Positions 42,201-51,270 of a stretch of DNA of 64,000 nucleotides are shown in pieces. Source of the DNA: Tubulanus polymorphus (taxonomy: Eukaryota > Animalia > Nemertea). The position numbers and the translations under genes are program-made. Position 1 is the stretch's first letter, and every line of letters begins with the position of its first letter. Below the pieces are notes generated by a model. The model worked only from the letters and a program-made list of their open reading frames with translations. It did no database searches and had not been told where the DNA came from. The stretch is taken from assembly GCF_964204645.1 (NCBI RefSeq), contig NC_134035.1:1-64000 (forward strand), written 5' to 3'.

Positions 42201-44273
42201 TAACTTCAGATAAAAACAATGAGAAACATCTCTTCACATACAGATATTATTGAGTAGTTGATGTGAATATTTGTAGGGTGAATTGTTAGATCAAGATGAG
42301 ACAATAGCAGCTCATTCAACTCAGAAGGTTTGTTCTGTTCAATGTTGTTATCGAGCTATAAATGTTTTTAAGATGACGACAACCTGAGAAGAATTCACTG
42401 TTACTGGTTATTTGTCTAATTGTCTGCTTCTTGTCTCTTTATTTTTTGCCAACAGCAAAACAGGAAAAAACGCTGTGTACGTTTAGTCTTTTTTATGTAA
42501 TTTTTTGATTTTTCAGTGTAGTTAGAAATACGTTTTACTCTTATCTATGAACACCATTCACAAAATACCTAATTATATCCAGATTTTATTATAGAATTTT
42601 AAAAAGACTTCAATCGAAGTCGAATTAAGAGACAGACCATTCATCACCAGGAGTTTAGACTCTTTGGTTACTTTTCATTCACTGACGGCATGTTGTCCCT
42701 GGATCCCCCTAGTATTTATACAAGTCTAACTCATTCTACTGCAGATCTTCTACTCTCTTCATGTATTACTCTAACGGTGAGATTTTAAAGGATTATTTTC
42801 TATTTTTCAGTCTAAACCAACGAAACCGCCGCCACCGCAGAGACCTGCTCCGCCTCAGAGACCAGCGCCACCTACACAAAGAACTGGACCTCCTCCACCT
42901 AGACCAAGTAAATAATCATTTTATCGGCTTAGATTTCATCTAATAATGTTAACTATCAAATCTAAACTATCAACTATCAAAAAACAATGTTTTTCTTTCG
43001 ACTAAAGGTTCACCTAAACCAGTCAAACCATCGACGGAGCCAATTAGACCTACCCCTCGACTACCAACTAATGAATCTACTGTTAAAAATCCTGTTTCAT
43101 CATCTACTGGTTTGGTGAGAACAAAAACATTTCAATGAAATTCGTGACAAACAGATGGCTGCCTACATAATCCCCCCTATGATATCATCGAATTCCCTGA
43201 AAACTATGATGTTGCTCTGGAAATCAGTGAAATCATTGGCAGATGAGGCAGCCATCGTTTCAAAAGTTTCATTTATTGTTAAGTTGAATTTGTTTGTAAA
43301 ACTTCAGATCGGAATAATTGGACGACCGACAAATGTGCAACATACAGGAACAAGAGATGAGGAGCAAGCTAGATTTCTGATCGAGAAATTACTGGCATCT
43401 CAGAGTATGGATTCAGACTTACCACCTCCATTGTTACCAGCAGGTGAATATCAGTTACTCTGACAGTTGATCGACAAAATATGATTCAAAGTCTTGTTAT
43501 TTTCATTAGAAAACCTGATTGTTTTATCAGTGTGGAATAAATTCAAAAAGTGGAATAATCACAATTTTTAGGAGCCCATATTATTCCAAAATCTGATGCA
43601 GTTCCCCGAATTAGAGCGTTTAAAGAGGGACATCTCAACTGACTACAGTAACACAAACATAGTGTTGTAGTTAACAATTTAAATCGATCTACTGTTTATT
43701 TGTTGCTGTTGTATTTTTACAGATGGAGAATCATCAGTTGCCTCTGATCCATTCTCTCTTCCATCATCAACTGATCCATTCAGAACTACTCCAACTACTA
43801 CTACAACATTCTCTACAACTACAGATCCATTCTCTACAATTCCTACTACATTCTCAGCAACTTCAACTACAGCGGATCCATTTCAACCACCTGCACCCCC
43901 TCCTCGCCGTAACATATCAGAAGTACCGACTGTACCCCCTCGACGAGGCAGTGGACCGGACCAACCATCGGTACCACCTAGAAATAAACCCGTATCTCAG
44001 CTACTAGCTACTGAACTAGGTAGTCCGGGGACACCTCCCCCCTCACCCCCTAGTGACGCCCCTCTTATTACACCACCCCCTCTACCATCATCTCAACAGT
44101 TCGATGATAATTTCGCCGATTTTGCCTCAAATGGTTTCAGCGATAATTTCACCCCGCTCGTACCTCAACGATCGTCTCAACCTGGGGTGACTCCAGAACC
44201 AGGGGTAACTCCAGAACCAGGTGCTCCTCCTGTACCTAAACGCAGAAACCCACCTCCAGTTCCTCCACGATAA
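33230..44273 (+). CDS. SYNJ1: Synaptojanin (Sac1 + inositol 5-phosphatase + RRM-like DUF1866 region + proline-rich tail), >25 exons
   Basis: [19 protein letters not shown]; [15 protein letters not shown]; Sac1 catalytic [12 protein letters not shown]; GTWNVNGG; [10 protein letters not shown]; [14 protein letters not shown]; SDHRPV; Pro-rich C-terminus ending PPVPPR*. Confidence 0.96.
34177..34297. repeat. Intronic inverted repeat (palindromic MITE-like hairpin, ~36-bp arms)
   Basis: caaataaaaaccaacagtagatttgtagaaacagtt versus aattgtttctacaaatctactgcgggtttttatttg. Confidence 0.8.
36989..37943 (+). repeat. Intronic minisatellite, 33-bp unit x ~29, near-perfect, internally palindromic
   Basis: Unit gatatctcacagatctgtg(c/t)gtgagatgactgt; source of the three long low-complexity ORFs. 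Confidence 0.98.
38770..39311 (+). repeat. Intronic GC-rich minisatellite, ~31-bp unit x ~17 with three unit variants
   Basis: Unit aatacccggggatgtggctggaccgggtcta with variants ..gtgccttgactgggttta and ..tcttagtaccggggg. Confidence 0.95.
40011..40190 (+). repeat. Intronic degenerate tandem repeat (~33-36 bp) starting at a splice donor
   Basis: ggtac(a/g)ggcaatcagtg..cccctacgcccacaca repeated about 5 times. Confidence 0.85.
40400..40525 (+). repeat. Intronic tandem repeat (~34 bp x 3-4) that duplicates the splice acceptor
   Basis: gatatattgatatatctatcagaccagtgatatt repeated, ending at the true acceptor ttcag|accggtgat. Confidence 0.85.
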
Positions 44274-44833
44274 AAAAAACATCTCAGCAAAAACAATAAA
44301 CTGAGCAGGAATGAGATGCATGTGAAAAATATGAATATTTCTGAAAAGTAAATTCTCCTCTGAAAAGAATGTGAAAATTTCAGAATCTTGCATCTAATTC
44401 CTGACTGAGGTTCCTCTAATTTCTGAGAATGTTGAAACTGGTTAATCAGTGATTAGTTCACGTAAGCATTTCCTTCGATCACCTAGTCAAAATAAACCAC
44501 AGTCTGCGTGTAGATATCATCAGAAAATTGACTTAGTGTTTAGAAACATATCTAATGTAGGTTCAACCATAGCTGCATAGTTAACTTTATATAAGTACTT
44601 CCTCATTATATCAATTCATCAGGTAGTTTTAAAAAGTCTTCTCACTGTAAAATACTGTAAAATACCGACCGGTAACTGATAGATCTGTTTAAACAAACAA
44701 TAGCGATAGATCGGTGTTAAAACCGTGCTAAACAAGCTAGTATTAGTTCTAAAGCACAGTTATAGAGTGAACACGTTTTAAGTAGACTGAATCAGGTGAG
44801 ATAGTAGTTTTATGTGCCTTCATCCCCCGGCTG

Positions 44834-45089
44834 TGGGTACTGCAGCTATGTACCCCTTGTTCTGGGTACTGCAGCTATGTACCCCTTGTTCTGGGTACTG
44901 CAGCTATGTACCCCTTGTTCTGGATACTGCTATGTACCCCTTGTTCTGGGTACTGCAGCTATGTACCCCCAGCTCCTAGTATACTGTAATGTAGCCCCAG
45001 CTCCTAGTATACTGTAATGTAGCCCCAGCTGTGGGTACAATAATGTAGCCCCAGCAGTCGGTACAATAATGTAGCCCCAGCTGTGGGTA
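44834..45089 (+). repeat. 3'UTR minisatellite, ~28-bp unit drifting in sequence
   Basis: tgggtactgcagctatgtaccccttgttc changing to gtac/atactgtaatgtagccccagct.. Confidence 0.85.
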
Positions 45090-45552
45090 TAGTCCATACT
45101 TAAATGTTTTTTCGGAATGTTTTATGGATATTTGTTGGCTGTTAAATGTTATTTGAATCTTCTATGTGTGAATGTTATATCTATTGATAGACTATGCATT
45201 GAAAGGTTATGTCCATGTTTGTTAAAGAGCCAGTTGTTTAAAGTCAATGTTAATCCGACCTAAACTCTGTTCTACAGTTGTCAGTTGTCAGTTGAATGAA
45301 TCACTGGAAATGAAGAAATCTTTAGTCTTAACTGACAATTGTGCAACCAGGGTTCTGTTCACTAAACCCGATCAGCGTTTAACAATGTTTAAGCAACTAG
45401 CCTTCACTGAACAACGGGTGTGAAGTTACTTTTCATTTATTGTTGCATTTTAAACTCAGTGATAATGTGTGTATTTCAAACAGTAGGCTTCAATCCTGTA
45501 AGATTGAGAAAGTGCAGCTCAAATTGTTTTATGTATTGGGAGGAGTCTACTG

Positions 45553-45922
45553 CAGGGTTCATAGCAGTCCTTGAAGGTCCCTTAAAGTTCTTAAATTGGA
45601 ATGGATCAATTCAAGACCTTGAGTATCATGGAATCACTCCTTTAATCACTGTCATGGTCCTTGAATGGCATCTACCTCACCACTCTCGAGTACAATTTGA
45701 AGCTTTTGGTCACATATCATTATGGTGTACAGTATATCAGATCATTGTATTGTTAGGACTAGTACACTATAGTCTGATGGATGCTTGGTCTATGGATGGA
45801 CCCAATGTTAATTGGAAATTTTATGAACTATTGAAAAAAGCCGAGAGATTCCTTAAATCAGAGACAAAAAGGTTCCTGATACCCGTTAGATGGAATTGGG
45901 TCGTGGGATTATGAACAGACCT
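45553..45922 (+). mobile_element. Internally deleted hAT-like DNA transposon remnant
   Basis: Begins cagggttcatagcagtccttgaa.., ends ..ttatgaacagacctg (imperfect TIR). Encodes SMDGPNVNWKF, resembling a hAT-like transposase motif (recognition from memory). Confidence 0.45.
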
Positions 45923-46632
45923 GTTACTGTATTCAGATATAACATTTCAATATGTGGCGGTCGCAAACTATGCACTTATAATCACTACCAACAACAAATC
46001 AGTGCTAGGGAATAGTGGATGATGTCATAGGGGGATTTATGGAGGCAGCCATTTTCTGGGTGATTATGGTTAGAACGTAATGAAATACTGTAAACATGAA
46101 AATAATGCTAAAAACCTGAGTCCTATTGATGCTTGCTTTGTTATCGGTATTTACGTTTTTTATTGTTTTTTTTACATTTTAATTGAATAGATTTGTTAAA
46201 CTATATGCATTGTGAGTCGTTTAGGTTGATTCAGCAGGGAGGTGCACCTCCCTGGGATTCAGTTACTTTCAGTCATCCATAAAATAATATATACTTATAG
46301 AAACTTATTATTAGCGATAAATAAATGTGATCCTGTATCATCACTAGAAATCGAAGTCTATCGATACATTTTCTATTTGCCACAATTTGCAGGATGCAGA
46401 ATTTTCAGGGTTAGAGTGGGGGTTGACCAGACTTGCAGCTTGCAGCTTGCAGCTTGCGTAGAGCTCGATAGAGAAACCATGACTCCAATCCACAGCCAGC
46501 AGCTGACCACGAACCCAACTGGGCCGATCCCAGACCAGGGCCGATCGGACATATTGTGTAGTGAATATCAGTATTTCAGAATAAGATGATGACTTTATTC
46601 AAGTAAAGTACGTGTTGACATTAATCACCGAT

Positions 46633-46773
46633 TCAACCGGCCGTCATTTGTTGAAATGCGATTTGAACTTGTTCCCATAGAAACAGCCCAATTTCCTCCT
46701 TGTGTTCATCAAAAAATTTGATGGCTTCTTCGAGTGCCTTTTCAGTGAAATAACCTCCAGCAGCCGAGATGAA
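46633..46773 (-). CDS. Distal alternative terminal exon (duplicate) of the orphan secreted protein
   Basis: atttcag| FISAAGGYFTEKALEEAIKFFDEHKEEIGLFLWEQVQIAFQQMTAG*. Phase-0 acceptor; AATAAA at 46594-46599; 16/40 ungapped identity with exon 47931-48086. Confidence 0.7.
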   Translation of the reverse strand, partial: FISAAGGYFTEKALEEAIKFFDEHKEEIGLFLWEQVQIAFQQMTAG

Positions 46774-47261
46774 CTGAAATCAATGCAGGAACATGTGGGT
46801 TGTTACGGGGAGAGGAATATGGTTTTATAAATATCCCTGGACTCAGTTCCAGAGTTTTCGATTTTGAGTTGCTATTACGTACTTAAGTTCCCGATGTTTT
46901 GAGTCAAATTCACTGATCAAACTAAGGAACTGATCCTGGGGGTCGCGTCTTTAAGCCCTTGTCAAGTCTCACGTGTTAGCTCCATTTGAATTCTAATGCA
47001 TGAAAGATGACAGTAATTCCTTGTTGCAGTCGATTAAGCCACTGCTGTAGTTGTGACGATTGTTTGATGTTTTATCCAAAATATGACTTACAATTGTAAC
47101 TACTAATTGCGACCCAAAAATAAAGTCGACATCAGTAAAATGTGACGATGATGAAATCACTGCTGTACAAACGGTTTAAATTCGTCTTTCGCTGGGATCC
47201 GCCGAGCAGCGAGGATGATTCAGCATGAAGGCAGCAGCTCGTGATATTTCATAATAATTTC

Positions 47262-47826
47262 CTAAAGCAGCTATTAGAATAGCATGGACTAAAGCAGCTA
47301 ACAGAGCAGGGACTAAAAAGCAGCTAAAATAGCAGGGACTAAAAGCAGCTCACATAGCAGGGACTAAAAGCAGCTCACATAGCAGGGACTAAAGCAGCTA
47401 ACATAGCAGGGACTAAAAGCAGCTCACATAGCAGGGACTAAAAGCAGCTCACAGAGCAGGGACTAAATCAGCTAACATAGAAGAGACTAAATCAGCTAAC
47501 ATAGCAGGGACTAAAGCAGCTAAAATAGCAGGGACTAAAAGCAGCTCACATAGCAGGGACTAAAAGCAGCTCACATAGCAGGGACTAAAGCAGCTAACAT
47601 AGCAGGGACTAAAAGCAGCTCACATAGCAGGGACTAAAAGCAGCTCACAGAGCAGGGACTAAATCAGCTAACATAGAAGAGACTAAATCAGCTAACATAG
47701 CAGGGACTAAATCAGCTAACATAGCAGGGACTAAATCAGCTCACAGAGCAGGGACTAAAAGCAGCTCACAGAGCAGGGACTAAATCAGCTAACATAGCAG
47801 GGACTAAAAGCAGCTAGAATAGCAGG
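47262..47826 (+). repeat. Minisatellite, 23-25-bp unit with ~195-bp higher-order duplication
   Basis: Unit agcagggactaaa(a)(g/t)cagct(a/c)aca(t/g). The block starting cagctaaaatagc occurs at ~47321 and again at ~47517. Confidence 0.92.
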
Positions 47827-47930
47827 AAGTTGAAGCGAAGCAAAATGTACAAAAACAGCGATGAAAAAGCGCGGGATAAAATGAAAAAACACGATCCGAA
47901 TTCATAATGATTTATTTACAATTGATGACA

Positions 47931-50316
47931 TTATCGACCAATAGCTGCGGTAGAAGTGACTGTGAGGAAAGTTTGAAGGACTTGTTTGTAAATGAAAGGT
48001 CCAATTTCGTGTTTATGATCGTTGAAAAAAGTCATAGCTGTTTCTAGAACCGATTTCGCCATAGTAGTCGCAGCCGTCACCACAAACTACAAACAAAACC
48101 AACTATACAGCGCCCCCTAGCACACATATAAAGCACTTGAACATGGACCCAGTTTTACCGTCGGGTTTGACTGTATCGAAATTTAACTAATTGACAATGA
48201 ATTAATTTGACACTATCGAAAAACTATGGAAAGCGTGCTGAACATAAGACAAGTTTTTACACACAAATATACAATTAAAGCAAAGCATGGATGGAGGATT
48301 GCGCGAGCGATTAGAAAAGCAATTCCATGATAGCATAGGCAGTATTTCACCCGGTCCTGGAAGTGGTTGTTTCCACAACATATATCTCCTGGTGACAACT
48401 GGATTCCACTTACCGTAACAGCCATTTCTTTGATGATTTCCACTACCGGTTGAGACGCCTCCCAGGCAACTGACAACTTAGATTTCATCCAATCTCTGAA
48501 CGACGAGAATTTCGATCCCAATTTGTTGAATAATCCTGAATGAAATGATACTTCAGTTAACGCAGATTTTTACAATGGACACCAATTATACTTTCCACAT
48601 CAAGTCCCTGTACAGGACCATGATATATCATGAATATCTATAAATAGTGTAATTCTTGTTGCAAAAACCCGTGAGGACAAGGTGCACAGTGCAGGGCTTC
48701 ATTATATGGAAAATGAAATATCAGAATATGGCTTCAAAAACGTTGATCCTGGATCCAGCAGTTTCACAATTTAAATAATCAACTCCTAAATCATTCTATT
48801 TCTAATATTTCATTAGGCGACCTATTTGGACCCGTCGTTGTTACGGGTTCCCCTGCCTTGGGGAAACATGGCTAGGAGAGGTGGCTACCTTTCATTGTAT
48901 CAAATAGTCCATACTGTTCTCCATTCACCATTAGATGCGTTAAAGTTTTATCGGTGACCTGATCTTTTAAACCATCGAGGATTTCCTGAATCTGGTTCAG
49001 TTCTGAAATTGAAACGAAAACCACAACATTTAATCAAGATTCTTAAACTCGAGTCGTCGGAGCGTCTAATAGCAGATTGACTGAACCCGAGTTAGATTTG
49101 AATCTGAGTTAGGAAGACCGCGAGAGGACCGTGATGCTTACTGGTAGCTACTGTTGGGTGAGACTTCAGTTTCTCGATCAACTCCAGAACTTCTAATTTC
49201 GCTTTACTGTTCACCTTCCCGACAAGACCCTTTAGTTTATCGACCAATACAGCGGCGTCCTGTGCGATATCCGTACAAGCAAAAATTCATAAAGACTGAT
49301 CACAAAAATGTACAACTTTGTGGCTGACTTTTGCGGTAACTTCGAAAGCCTGTAGCTCAATAAGTTTTTGGGTTTATGAATGCGATTAAGACACAGTTGT
49401 GAAACTGGATCCAGGCAGTGGGTGATTTTACACGATGTACCTGTTTCTTCTCAGCGATTACTTGTTTCACTTTACCGGTTACATTCTTCAACACATCTCC
49501 GAGACTGATCTTAAAACTCATTCGTAACGATCTCATTAACCTATAATTAATATATTCATAATCATTATTCCATATCTATATTCAGCAATCGTGGAAAAAA
49601 GTTTTTCTCCGCATAAATTCCCTTTTTTAAGTATATGACTTCACGCCTTGCCAACCACTAATTCACTCACTTAGAAATTCATTCAATTAAATTGGTCTCC
49701 CAACTATACATGTATAAACCCCTAGTTTCTATAATTCCCTCACACCTGAACTCTATAGTGAGAGTTCGAAACGTGTCATTTTAAGTTTTTCAGTAAATAA
49801 ATTGTTAGTTTTCAAATCTTTTAAATCTGCATAGTGGGTTTTATTGTATAATCTGCTCCCGTCAGAGAGTGGCCGCATTCTACTATTTGTCATTAATGTT
49901 TAAGTAGACTGTTGGACTGGACTGGAGTAATACACGTACTGCTGCTCTTCAGAACTGATTCCCCTTTTGGAGATATGACTTTCAAGCGCATCGTTCGCTC
50001 TTCTGACCGCGAGTTCAGCAAATCCATCCAGTGCTGGAAATATAATCAAGTTTGGAATTAAAATTGCCGAAATACTCTTTCAAAAAATCATGACATTGCG
50101 ATTTTGTTTTATTGAAAATATCTTTTTATTTGTACACTAAGTGCCTTTAGGGCACTAAAGTCAAATCATAAGAAGGTTTAACAGAAGTCTCATACGACCC
50201 CCTGGGACCCCGCCTCAAAATACAAAACCTTTTGAAGCGAACTCCTGATTAAAAGCCTCGATGCTGCCAACAACAAAAACAACTGCAAAAACTGCGAGTC
50301 CAGTCTTCGAAACCAT
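47931..50316 (-). CDS. Orphan secreted amphipathic-helical precursor protein (263 aa); coding exons 50229-50316, 49940-50033, 49441-49540, 49142-49259, 48889-49002, 48414-48535, 47931-48086; probable 5'UTR exon ~50558-50640
   Basis: All six introns are GT-AG with consistent phases (1,2,0,1,1,0) and give an open frame. Signal peptide MVSKTGLAVFAVVFVVGSIEA. AATAAA at 47911-47916. Confidence 0.85.
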
Positions 50317-50825
50317 CCTGAAATTATACAATATAATCAGTCGTTATTCTATACCATACAAGGTATCAAAATATTTATGAATATCTGGTCCGTTTGTTTT
50401 TCTAAGTTGTTAACGTCAGATAAAACTATATTAACTATTTCACAGTATCGTTCACCGTTGGTTCACGTGAATCAACATTTGAGTAAAGTTAGGACGCAAA
50501 ATAACAATAATTCTTGATAGATTTTAAAATTTAGCAACAACAAAATATCTTACTTACGTGTTTGCAGAGAATTGAATAATCCAAGCCTAACCGCAGCGGA
50601 GAGAAGTATGGAGATTTTGAGAAGAAAACGTGTGTGTGAAACAGGGCTTTTATCTAATTTTAACTGATAAAACTAATGGGTTTTTATCGCCAGTGATTTA
50701 GTTTCCTTATCACTTTATTGTTAAATCATAAAATCAGGTAAAAACTTTTAACTTCACACGCGATGCACATATGAGAATTGAACGTGAAGGGGGGGGGGGT
50801 GTGGTACACACCGTGTGGCTACACA

Positions 50826-51022
50826 CTGAACTAGTCTCACGGTACGGGGCTGCTGAACTAGTCTCACGGTACGGCGCTGAACTAGTCTCACGGTACAGGG
50901 CTGAACTAGTCTCACGGTACGGGACTGCTGAACTAGTCTCACGGTACGGGACTGCTGAACTAGTCTCACGGTACGGGGCTGCTGAACTAGTCTCACGGTA
51001 CGGGACTGCTGAACTAGTCTCA
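50826..51022 (+). repeat. Minisatellite, 24/27-bp unit x ~8
   Basis: ctgaactagtctcacggtacggg(g/a)ctg repeated, between the PHF21A 3' end and the orphan gene promoter. Confidence 0.93.
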
Positions 51023-51270
51023 CTGTAAGGGTCTGTTGAGTCTTTACAGTGTTGTAGGGAACCGTAACAACGACTGGTATTCAGACTAGGGTAAAAGATG
51101 AAAATCTCCTTCAACGTAAAATCGAACTCAAGAAACAACGAAACAATTTTAAGACATGATACATAATTATTACATTCTATTACATAATTTCATCGGACAC
51201 ATGATTCATACAAAATATGACAATTAATTTTATAAAAGACACGATTGTTTGTTTGTTTGGTTTAGAGACA

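Noticed and set aside
43723-44007. ORF-track 94-aa Leu/Gln/His-rich ORF
   Set aside because: Wrong frame; the upstream phase-1 splice places this exon in the DPF/proline-rich synaptojanin frame.
47092-47165. Exon-like segment on the minus strand (..DVDFIFGSQLVVTI|gtaagt) upstream of the distal duplicated exon
   Set aside because: No convincing homology to exon 48414-48535, and its acceptor phase does not match the upstream donor. Kept only as an alternative explanation to test.
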